A stretch of 64,000 nt of DNA, taken from contig OZ024742.1 in NCBI GenBank assembly GCA_964016885.1, positions 40,300,001 to 40,364,000 of the forward strand, in the 5' to 3' direction. Position numbers and translations under genes: made by a program. The notes under the pieces were generated by a model. The model was not told where the DNA came from, made no database searches, and saw only the letters and a list, made by a program, of their open reading frames with translations. This document shows positions 12,401-22,397 of this stretch, piece by piece. Every line of letters starts with the position of its first letter. The first letter of the stretch is position 1. The stretch is from Eledone cirrhosa. Taxonomy: Eukaryota.

Positions 12401-12995
12401 GCCAGGATGAAGGATTCTAGAATACCAAACAACTCTTTTATGGAGAGTTGGTTAATGGAAACATAAACCAAAAAAGAGGTATAAGGATTCCTTGAAAGCC
12501 TCTCTGAAAGACGTTAACATCTCTGCTGATACATGGGAGAATATTGCTGCTGATCGTAATAAATGGAGAAAGACTGTATATGAGGGAAAAGTTGCCTTTG
12601 AGGCATCTCGAATCGCATACGAGAAAGTAAAGCGGGATGTGAGGAAGGGCATTGCTGTTGCACTTCCAGACGGCGAGGGTCCTCCTATGGTGCTGACATG
12701 CAGCGTCTGTGCGAGACTCTGCCTAAGCAAAGCTGGACTCGAAAGTCATCTTCGCAGTCATAAAGTAAAACCAGTGGTTGACTACCAGGCTGCTGTTGGA
12801 GATGCTACTCATCATGCTTGCCAAACATGTGGTAGAGAATGTAAATCAGCAGGAGGGCTCAAGCGACATGCAAAAGTACACGAACTCCAACCACAGCCGA
12901 CTATTCCCAGTGAATGTTTTGGTTGTCGACTCTGTGCAAGACATTTTAGATCATTGGCTGCGCTAAAAAGCCACATTCGATCGCAGCGCTGTTAG
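9461..12995 (+). pseudogene. RTE single ORF (APE endonuclease, RT, three C2H2 zinc fingers) with a nonsense codon at 11555-11557 and frameshift lesion(s) at about 12430-12470
   Basis: Motifs CWNVRTL, LSETR, VYAPT, GDFNARVG, LDY, TDHRLV, NYRGISLL, QSGFR, DLTKAFD, GVKQG, YADD, YLGS, LRWSGH. The 11579 ORF is in the same frame as the 9218 ORF. IPKQLFYGEL is restored by adding one A near 12428. Confidence 0.9.
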
Positions 12996-13306
12996 TTGCT
13001 ATCATGTGTGTGTGTGTATGTGTGTGTAGATATGCTTATGTGTGTGCGTGTGTGTGTATATATATATGTATATGTATATTATTATTGTTGTTATTATTAT
13101 TATAATTATTATTATTGTTATTAATGTATGTGTGTGTGTATATGTGTGTGAGTGTGTGTGTGTGTATATATGTGTATGTATATGTATGTATATATATATA
13201 TTTATTTTTTTTATTTTTCTTTATTTATTTATTTATTTATTATTATTATTATTATTTTTTTTTTTTTTCTTCTCGTGCAATGGCCACACTCGATAACGAG
13301 GGGGCA

Positions 13307-13356
<50 letters not shown>

Positions 13357-13367
13357 TTAATATAGAT

Positions 13368-13420
13368 GAGATTCTACAGGACTAGAACTGTTTCATTCAT
13401 TAGAAATCATCAGGAATCTC
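13368..13420 (-). ncRNA. Type I hammerhead ribozyme
   Basis: Minus strand reads gagattc-CTGATGA-t ttc taat gaa t-GAAA-cag ttctagtc ctg-TA-gaatctc. Stem I is a perfect 7 bp, stem III is Acag/ctgT, the cleavage triplet is GUA, and ATTAAA follows. Confidence 0.85.
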
Positions 13421-13423
13421 CAG

Positions 13424-13623
13424 ATTCAAAATATAACAAAGGAATATAACAGATAAAATCCATGGGGCTGAAAATCAGAGACAAGAGGACGACCGACTAT
13501 TTAGCAGCTTCTACCTCAGTCGGCCGACTGAGGTAGAAGCTGCTAAATAGTCGGTCGTCCTCTTGTCTCTGATTTTCAGCCCCATGGATTTTATCTGTTA
13601 TATTCCTTTGTTATATTTTGAAT
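13424..13623. repeat. Perfect 200-bp palindrome with no spacer
   Basis: Centre between 13523 and 13524 (cagtcgg|ccgactg); the arms are reverse complements over 100 bp. Confidence 0.97.
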
Positions 13624-13679
13624 ACCTGATGATGTCACCGGATTCATGCTGAACCCTGTCATTGAAATGATCATAGTAT
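13622..13679 (+). ncRNA. Type I hammerhead ribozyme with minimal palindromic stem III
   Basis: atac-CTGATGA-[31-nt imperfect stem II]-GAAA-t gatc a-TA-gtat, then AATAAA at 13680. Confidence 0.7.
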
Positions 13680-13703
13680 AATAAACCTTTCAAGGATTTA
13701 TGT

Positions 13704-15079
13704 CATCATCATCATCATCATCATCGTTTAACGTCCATGTTCCACGCTTGCATGGGTTTGGACGGGAGTTTTCCCACTTGAGGCAAGAGTGGTTGTCTTG
13801 CTCGCATAGGTCTGTCTGGCGGGTTTTCTACAGCTGGATGCCCTTCCTAACACCAACCACATTTACAGTGTGGGACGGGGAGGTTTTTACCGTGTTGCCT
13901 ACACGGCCACATTACAGCGTGGACTGTGTGTTTTTTTGTCGTGACACCTACACGATCTCATTTGTTTCGGCCTCGATGGCGCGGCACCAACATAACTTTA
14001 CATAGGAGGGGGTGGTGTGGATGGGACGGGGGTGGTGGGGGGGTGTATTTTGTTAGATATGCCTACTGATGTAGTAGGTTTTACTTTGTATTTAGGTAAG
14101 GCGGGTCTTCTCTATTACTGAGTACCGCCAAAGATCTCGGTCCAGTGACATTGTCTTGGTGAGGTGTAAGTGTGTGAGGTCGGAATTTATCAGGTCGTCC
14201 CAGGTTTTTCTGGGTCTGCCTACTCCGTGGCTACCGTCTATCTTTATTGCCCTGCACTTTTTTATACAGCTGTCGTCTTTCATGCGCATCACGTGACCAT
14301 ACCAACGTAGCCTTCTCTCGAGTAAACAACATCTGATCCCTCTTATTTCTAATTTTTTCCTTAGTTCGTTTATGCTTTGCCGTTCGCGTATATTACTATT
14401 ACACATCCAGCGGAGCATGCAAGCTTCGTTCCTCTCTAGTCTGCTTATATCCTCTGCACACAATGCCCAGGTCTCACTGCCTTGCAACATTGCTGTTCGT
14501 ATGCAGGCATCATACAGCCTGCCTTTCATTTTTAGGGAGAACACTTTAGCGGCTAATAGTGGTATAAGCTCTCTGAACTTTTTCCATCCAGTTCTGACTC
14601 TAGCTACTGTACTTTCAGAGCACCCTCCCCCACTGCTGATTTTGTCACCCAGGTAACGGAAGCTGTCCACTATTTCTATAGAACCCTCTGCGCAATTGAA
14701 AGAGCTAGTATTTTGTAGGCACTTGCTGCTACTTATTGCACCAGAGCACTGGCCACGTAAAATCTGTGTTCTTAGTTAGCTTACCTGTGATCCCACTACA
14801 TCTTTTATGCACCCATATTTTGCATTTGGGACATAAAATGGAGTTTCTACCTACGCCTTTCCTACACACTGAGCATGGCCATTTCCCGGAAGGGACCGGC
14901 GCCTTATTTTCTTTCCTACAAACTAGAACTTTAGTCTTAGCCAGGTTAATTTTAAGGCCTTTTGATTCTAGGCCGTGCTTCCATGTTTGGAATTTCTTCT
15001 CTAGCTCGGCCATTGATTCAGCTATGAGCGTTAGATCATCTGCGTATAGGAGTTCCCATGGGCAGCCGGTTTTGAACTC
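13704..15079 (-). mobile_element. 5'-truncated RTE-like LINE (family 2, (GAT)n tail) with a 2-bp frameshift near 14757
   Basis: RT C-half (ELLYADDL, FRYLGD, RLRWYGHV, GRPRKTW) plus 3' UTR; close reverse-complement match to 17284-18667. Confidence 0.9.
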
Positions 15080-15100
15080 ATATATATATATATATATATA

Positions 15101-15472
15101 TCATCATCATCATCATCATCATCAACGTTTAACGTCCGTGTTCCACGCTTGCATGGGTTTGGACGGGGGTTTTCCCACTTGAGGCAAGAGTGATTATCTT
15201 GCTCGCATAGGACTATCTGGCGGGTTTTCTACAGCTGGATGCCCTTCCTAACACCAACCACATTTACAGTGTGGGGCTGGGAGGTTTTTACCGTGTTGCC
15301 TACACGGCCACATTACAGCGTGAACTGTGTTTTTTTGTCGTGACACCTGGATGTTGTGGCACCAACATAACTTTACATTGAAAGGGGCGGTATGGATGGG
15401 GTGGTGGTGGTGGGACGGGGGTGTATTTTGTTAGAGATGCCTACTGACTGTAGTAGGTTTTACTTTGTATTT

Positions 15473-15476
<4 letters not shown>
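15101..15476 (-). mobile_element. RTE family 2, 3' UTR-only copy
   Basis: Close match to 13720-14097, with a (CAT)n tail on the plus strand. Confidence 0.85.
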
Positions 15477-15509
<33 letters not shown>

Positions 15510-15512
<3 letters not shown>

Positions 15513-17027
15513 CCCATAGAAGTAGAAATAGCACAGAATCACCACCATACATACACTACCGCAATAGACACAATAATAGTCGCACACCACCAAACAGAAG
15601 GCGATGTAAAGAGTATATTTGGTACAACCCGGTCTATAACAACTCTATTAAAACCAATCTACCCTCACAATTCTTTCGATTAGTTAAAAAACACTTTCCA
15701 ACATCACATAAATATAATAAAATCTTAAACCCTAACACTATTCGACTTTCATATTCAACCGCCCCTAATATTGAACAACATATAAAAAAGCTTAACGCAA
15801 AACGGTTGTATAAACGCCTTCCAACACATAACAATACACGTAAAACATTAGCTATAACATCACAAAACAACAAACAACATCCTGTCATACCTAAGCAACC
15901 TCATCAACCCATCCATGGCAATACAACAACGCAAAATTATAATTGCAACTGTGTCCAACTAGGAATGTGTCCGTTGAACAATCAGTGTCTTGAACGCAAC
16001 ATCGTATACAAATGTACTATCGAATCGGATAGACAGAAGTGGTACTATGTGGGATCTACAGCCACCTCCTTCAAATCACGCCTTTATAGACATCGTTACT
16101 CGATAAAACATGAAAACCAGCGTTATGTAACAACATTCGCAGACAAGGCTTGGCAGCTGCGTGAAAATAACCAACAATTTCACCTAAAATGGGATATAAT
16201 AGCGGCTGCCCCCCCCATATTCCCATGAACAGGAATTTTGTAAATTATGTAATGTAGAATTATTTTGTATTATGAAATCCAAAAACATTTTATTAAATAA
16301 CAGAATAGAGCGATCGTTATACTGTAACCATCGCTTAAAATCTACATTTTCATATTATAAATACTACCAGGATTGAACGCCTGTCTCTATCTCCGTTTGA
16401 TTGTCAAAATAGATATTAACATTCTTTATTAGTCTTAATTCTATCAACTCTTCTATTATTTACCTTTTAATATAAACTGCTATAGATAAAATGAGATTTC
16501 TGATTTCTTAATTCAATTCCCTAATGCATATACCAGCTGGCTACTAGCATTGATGTTATTCAGTAGCAATCGAAATCTCCCCCTTCCCCAATTGACACTT
16601 CATAATTAATACTACTACACCAAATGACCAGCCCTGTCCACTGTCCAATTGGTCAAGTAGAGATTAAAATTGGCACTCCCAAAAATTCTTATTTAGATAA
16701 AATGAACCATTTACTCATGGTATTCTCGTTAGAAACCCATTATATACTTGTTTAGCAGTAAATTGATTTACCATCTGTAGTTTACTATCCCCTCTTTTTC
16801 TTCCTCTATTACTAATATAAATACTTCAATTTTTCTGATTTTATCCAATTTATCCAAAATCTCTGAAGAAGTGACAACTGATTATACATTTGCTATCGAA
16901 TACTTGCTAACATTATATGATTACGCAAGCAGCGATACATAGGTATTCCGTCTGTTACAGAAACATATGTCAATACCTAATAAATTCCTTTTTAAAAAAA
17001 GCACTTTCATTTTATATTCATCCTTTC
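15510..17027 (+). mobile_element. Penelope-like element, 5'-truncated (GIY-YIG endonuclease end, Naiad-like), flanked by (TA)n
   Basis: IWYNP...KTN...FF.LV.KHFP..H...KILN.NTIRLSYS, then CNC-X4-CPL-X3-C, IVYKC and YVGST...FKSR. After a frameshift in the poly-C at 16209-16216 it continues CKLC..E...LLN.R.E...CNH to TGA at 16376. The 3' UTR has a hammerhead-like motif and AATAAA. The clade name is inference. Confidence 0.85.
16863..16971 (+). ncRNA. Hammerhead-like motif with long stem II in the PLE 3' UTR; stem I is unclear
   Basis: CTGAAGA a gtgaca...tgttac a GAAA c atat g TC, followed by AATAAA. The flanks do not form a canonical stem I. Confidence 0.5.
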
Positions 17028-17054
<27 letters not shown>

Positions 17055-17058
<4 letters not shown>

Positions 17059-18667
17059 GAAAGCCTTCGACAGAGTCCCCCGCTCCATTATCTGGTGGGC
17101 TCTTAGAAAACTAGGCGTTGACGAATGGCTTGTGAGGGCTATACAAGCCATGTATAAAGAAACAGTCAGCAAGGTTAGAATTAACAACGAATATAGTGAA
17201 GAGTTTAGCGTAAAAGTTGGCGTCCATCAGGGCTCTGTTCTCAGCCCCCTACTATTTATTATTGCCCTTCAGGCTATAACAGAGGAGTTCAAGACCGGCT
17301 GCCCATGGGAACTCCTATACGCAGACGACCTGACACTCATAGCGGAATCAATGGCCGAGCTAGAGAAGAAATTCCAAACATGGAGGCACGGCCTAGAATC
17401 AAAAGGACTTAAAATTAACCTGGCTAAGACTAAAGTTCTAGTTTGTAGGAAAGAAAATAAGGCGGCGGTCCCTTCTGGGAAATGGTCGTGCTCGGTGTGT
17501 AGGAAAGGCGTAGGTAGAAACTCCATTTTATGTCCTAAATGCAAAGTATGGGTGCATAAAAGATGTAGTGGGATCACAGGTAAGCTAACTAAGAACATTG
17601 ATTTTACATGTGGCCGGTGCTCTGGTGCAATAAGTAGCAGCAAGTGCCTACAAAATACTAGCTCTTTCAATTGCGCAGAGGGTTCTATAGAAATAGTGGA
17701 CAGCTTCCGTTACCTGGGTGATAAAATCAGCAGTGGGGGAGGGTGCTCTGAAAGTACAGTAGCTAGAGTCAGAACTGGTTGGAAAAAGTTCAGAGAGCTT
17801 ATACCACTATTAGCTGCTAAAGGGTTCTCCCTAAAAATGAAAGGCAGGTTGTACGATGCCTGCATACGAACAGCAATGTTGCATGGCAGTGAGACCTGGG
17901 CATTGTGTGCAGAGGATATACGCAGACTAGAGAGGAACGAAGCTTGCATGCTCCGCTGGATGTGTAACAGTAATATACGTGAACGGCAAAGCATAAACGA
18001 ACTAAGGAAAAAATTAGAAATAAGAGGGATCAGATGTTGTTTACTCAAGAGAAGGCTACGTTGGTATGGACACGTGATGCGCATGAAAGTCGATAGCTGT
18101 ATAACAAAGTGCAGGGCAATAAAGATAGACGGTAGCCACGGAATAGGCAGACCGAGAAAAACCTGGGACGAGCTGATAAACTCCGACCTCACACACTTAC
18201 ACCTCACCAAGACAATGTCACTGGACCGAGACCTTTGGCGGTACTCAGTAACAGAGAAGACCCGCCTTACCTAAATACATAGTAAAACCTACTACAGCCA
18301 GTAGGCATCTCTAACAAAATACACCCCCACCCCACCCCTACACCATCCACACCACCCCGTTCTATGTAAAGTTATGTTGGTGCCGCGCCATCCAGGCCGA
18401 AACAAATGAGATCGTGTAGGTGTCACGACAAAAAAACACACAGTCCACGCTGTAATGTGGCCGTGTAGGCAACACGGTAAAAACCTCCCAAACCCACACT
18501 GTAAATGTGGTTGGTGTTAGGAAGGGCATCCATCTGTAGAAAACCTGCCAGATAGTCCTATGCGAGCAAGACAATGACTCTTGCCTCAAGTGGGACTACC
18601 CCCGTCCAAACCCATGCAAGCGTGGAACACGGGCGTTAAACGTTGATGATGATGATGATGATGATGA
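17055..18667 (+). mobile_element. 5'-truncated RTE-like LINE (family 2) with an open RT C-half (17055-18274) and a (GAT)n tail
   Basis: LEKAFDRVP, GVHQGSVLSPLLF, YADD, a C4HC3 insertion, FRYLG and RLRWYGHV. The N-terminus of the ORF-track protein is (TA)n read-through. Confidence 0.92.
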
Positions 18668-18677
18668 TATATATATA

Positions 18678-18705
<28 letters not shown>

Positions 18706-18712
<7 letters not shown>

Positions 18713-19005
18713 AAAAAGAGATGAAATCGAAAATGCAACTAAAGTCTTATTTTTTTTTTAAATATATATATTTATTTGGTTCCTTTACCGGTTTCGCAGT
18801 TCTTCTGCTTTTCAAAAGGTGAGTTGAGATGGAGGGTCTGTGGTTTTTCTCACATCTGTGAGAAAAACCACAGACCCTCCATATCAACTCACCTTTTGTA
18901 AAGCAGAAGAACTGCAAAACCGGTAAAGGAACCAAATAAATATATATATTTTTTAAAAAAATAAGACTTCAGTTGCATTTTCGATTTCATCTCTTTTTCT
19001 TTATA
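18706..19005. repeat. About 300-bp near-perfect fold-back element between (TA)n tracts
   Basis: 2-nt loop at 18855-18856 (ctcaca tc tgtgag); arms of about 149 bp with a few mismatches; unique tail to about 19068. Confidence 0.95.
18782..18819 (-). ncRNA. Minimal type I hammerhead, U3-A8 core variant
   Basis: Minus strand reads cctt-TTGAAAA-gcag aagaa ctgc-GAAA-ccgg-TA-aagg. The mirror copy at 18892-18929 has two core mutations. Confidence 0.7.
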
Positions 19006-19060
19006 CTTTCACTCGTGTAGGACACCTCGGTTATTTTTCATTTTGTAAAAAAAACCTCAC

Positions 19061-19141
<81 letters not shown>

Positions 19142-19211
19142 AAGGTTGTGAGTTCAATTCTCAGACCGGGTGATGTGTTGTTTCCTTGAGCAAGACACTT
19201 TATATATATAT

Positions 19212-19560
19212 ATATTGTTATACTTTGGGAGGGTCATGTTGCCAATAAAAAACACATGCACCAGTTGCTTTCACTTCAATTTATTATAATAAATTTATAA
19301 ATTTAGGAATTTCCGGTTGGTTGGTTGGTTCCACAACCAGATGATTGTTTATATATTGTCAAAGTTCTTTCGTCACACATTCTGTGACCTCTTGGTTTTT
19401 GTGCCTCTCCTTTGTTCTGTCCTACGCCATCTTATTTTTGTGTGTGTTGTGTGCTTAGTTTGTGAATGTGTTACATCCGGGTGTCTGTGTGTGTTTATAT
19501 TTGTTTATTTATTTGTTTATTTACATGTTACATACACTGTATGCTTTTAATTAAGCATAC
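19212..19560 (-). mobile_element. Diverged extra copy of the 19763-20393 element arm
   Basis: Direct similarity to 19763-20053 and to the reverse complement of the 20054-20102 spacer; the hammerhead core is partly deleted. Confidence 0.75.
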
Positions 19561-19592
19561 AGTGTATTGCAAAATACACTATATATACATTC

Positions 19593-19690
<98 letters not shown>

Positions 19691-19929
19691 TTATATATAT
19701 ATATATTTCGTTTCTGAATTTGTTTAGCAAGATTCTTTATCTGAAATCGTGTGTTGAAACCGATATTGTTATACTTTGGGAGGGTCATGTTGCCAATAAG
19801 AAACACACGCACCAGTTGCTTTCACTTCAATTTAATTTAATATATATTTATAAATTTACAAATTTATAAATTTATAAATTTCTGGTTGGTTGGTTGGTTC
19901 CACAACCAGATAGTTGTTTATATATATAT

Positions 19930-19974
19930 AGTCATAGTTCTTTCGTCACACACTCTGTGACCTCTTCAGTGACT
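19930..19974 (-). ncRNA. Minimal type I hammerhead, mirror copy of 20182-20226
   Basis: Exact reverse complement of the plus-strand motif. Confidence 0.8.
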
Positions 19975-20181
19975 GGGGATTTCTTTCTTCGTTTCTGTGC
20001 CTTTCCTTTCTTCTATCCTACGCCATTTTGTTTGTGTGTGGGTTGCGTGCTCAAAATGAACACAAACACACACAGACACCCGGATGTGGCGCATGCGCAA
20101 ACTGAGCACGCAACCCACACACAAACAAAATGGCGTAGGATAGAAGAAAGGAAAGGCACAGAAACGAAGAAAGAAATCCCC

Positions 20182-20226
20182 AGTCACTGAAGAGGTCACA
20201 GAGTGTGTGACGAAAGAACTATGACT
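20182..20226 (+). ncRNA. Minimal type I hammerhead
   Basis: agtca-CTGAAGA-g gtcac agagtgt gtgac-GAAA-g aa c-TA-tgact. Confidence 0.8.
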
Positions 20227-20466
20227 ATATATATATAAACAACTATCTGGTTGTGGAACCAACCAACCAACCAGAAATTTATAAATTTATAAATTTGTAA
20301 ATTTATAAATATATATTAAATTAAATTGAAGTGAATGCAACTGGTGCGTGTGTTTCTTATTGGCAACATGACCCTCCCAAAGTATAACAATATATATATA
20401 TATTTATATATATATATTTATATATATATTTATATATATATATTTATATATATATATTTATATATA

Positions 20467-20521
<55 letters not shown>

Positions 20522-20529
20522 TTATATAT

Positions 20530-20850
20530 ATTTATTAAAATAACAGATTAAAGTTTAAGCAAAGAATCGCTGCTTTCACCCTTAACGGGATTTTCTGAAA
20601 CTAACAAAGTCAATCTGTAAACGCAGAAGTGAATATTTCAAAAAACGTATTATATTCGTTTTTTCCCGCTCTTTGCCAGGGAACGTTTCCACGAACCAAA
20701 GTATCGTCTTCCTGTGTTCCTCTGGTTGCAACGTTTTTTTGAAATATCCACTTCTGCATTTACAGATTGACTTTGTTAGTTTCAGAAGATCCCATTAAGG
20801 GTGAAAGCAGCGATTCTTTGCTTAAACTTTAATCTGTTATTTTAATAAAT
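20530..20850. repeat. Fold-back element (arms about 120 bp, spacer about 82 bp) between (TA)n tracts
   Basis: Arms 20530-20648 and 20731-20850 are reverse complements with a few mismatches; unique tail to about 20935. Confidence 0.93.
20778..20828 (+). ncRNA. Hammerhead-like motif with a U4A core change
   Basis: agttt-CAGAAGA-t ccc attaa ggg t-GAAA-gca(9 nt)tgc-TT-aaact. All three stems are intact; the core differs at position 4. Confidence 0.6.
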
Positions 20851-20935
20851 TTTTGCTCTACGGTTCTTATATATTTGATATATATTTATCCTTATCGAGC
20901 CCTCTTTGGATTTTAGTCTTCAAATTTATTATTAT

Positions 20936-21041
<106 letters not shown>

Positions 21042-22354
21042 AGATACCAAAATAAAACTTTACCTGATTTTTATAAGCTATTTTATAGCAACTGACAGTA
21101 ATTGCAATTATTTTCTTTGAAATTCACATAATATTTGTTTATATTTTCAAAAGCTGTTTGAGTCAGCTCCTTATTTAGATGGCAAGATTTTGTTAGGGTT
21201 TCCTTAACTCAATGGTTAGAGCACCTATCTGGTATCTGGGAGATATGGGGTTTGTTTCTTCATAGCAGCCACTGAAAACATTTATTCCGTCTCTAAAGGT
21301 CTTTTCGCAAATTTTATAAGTTCTTTTACAGCAAGTGATTGTAATTGCAGATATTCTCTATGTCTGAGCTTCTTTTATCTTATAAATTTATTTCCTTGGC
21401 ACTTAGTAAGTTTGAAAATTCAAGCTTCATACACAACGTTTGTGTGTCTATATATATATATATAATTCTCAGACCGGGTGATGTGTTGTTTCCTTCAGCA
21501 AGACACTTTATTTCACATTGCTCCAGTTTACTCAGCTGTAGAAATGAGATGATAGGGACTGGGGTCCCTATCATTCCACTGCAAAGTGGTCGTGGATGTG
21601 CCATGGCAAAAAAGCACACAGCACTCACTGCTCACTGTAAATGAGGTTGGTGTTAGGAAGGGCATCCAGCTGTAGAAATTACCCTTGCAAGCAGGGAAAA
21701 GTGGACGTAAAATGAAATGATGATGATGATATATATAAAATAAAAAGTGTAACTGAAGTTGCAGCTTCACTATAGCAGATGAACAATCAAATCATGAGAG
21801 GCAGTCACAAAGCACTCAATGAGTGAGGAATTAATAAATTTCTACTCAGAGCGAACACAAAAAGTTAAAGAATAGTGACACCAAGAATAAATCGATCAGA
21901 AGCCTATTGCCACGGTAATACAACAACATATATATATATAAGGTAAAACATATATATATATATTTAAGGTATTGTCAGCAATATCTTTTGCATTTGTATT
22001 TATATTCTATATCCATAGCTGCATTGTTCTGGCCTTCTAACTCCAAACGTTTATACCTCACTACGCAATGCTTCAAGTAAACTACAATTTCCTCCTTTAT
22101 ATATATATATATATATATGTCATCATCATCATTTAATATCTGCTTTCCCTGCTAACAAAGTTTGGATGGGTCTGCATCTTGCTTATGTATGGTCTCATGT
22201 TCTATTAAGTGCACCAACATTAAGGAGGCTCTCATGTCCTTGACTCAACTGAAGTGTCCTCCCAATCATATATGTATATGTGTGTGTGTGTGTATGTGTG
22301 TGTATATGTGTGTGTGCAGGTGTGTGTATGTGTGCATGTGCATGTGTATGTGTG

Positions 22355-22397
<43 letters not shown>

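Larger units (their letters stand above)
3277..13311 (+). mobile_element. RTE-clade LINE, near full length, interrupted by the Tx1 insertion
   Basis: Probable 5' UTR at 3277-3580 (CpG-rich, with an RTE-like ctaggagaagg...taaaacc motif), coding region about 9461-12995, and a 3' terminal stem-loop at 13280-13311 followed by (AT)n. Assigning the 5' UTR to this element is inference. Confidence 0.7.
19763..20393. repeat. 631-bp fold-back element (291-bp arms, 49-bp spacer) next to (TA)n
   Basis: Arms 19763-20053 and 20103-20393 are near-perfect reverse complements; the twin ORFs 19894+ and 20262- are a by-product. Confidence 0.96.

Noticed and set aside
16226-16228. TGA as a selenocysteine codon, as reported for some Naiad PLEs
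   Set aside because: The conserved C-terminus continues in another frame after the poly-C run at 16209-16216, so this is a frameshift and not an in-frame UGA at a Cys position.
19894-20262. Pair of nearly identical 98-aa ORFs on opposite strands
   Set aside because: A consequence of the inverted repeat, with no protein motifs.
21200-21272. tRNA gene
   Set aside because: An A-box-like element is present, but the T-arm, B-box and acceptor stem are degenerate; most likely a SINE head remnant.
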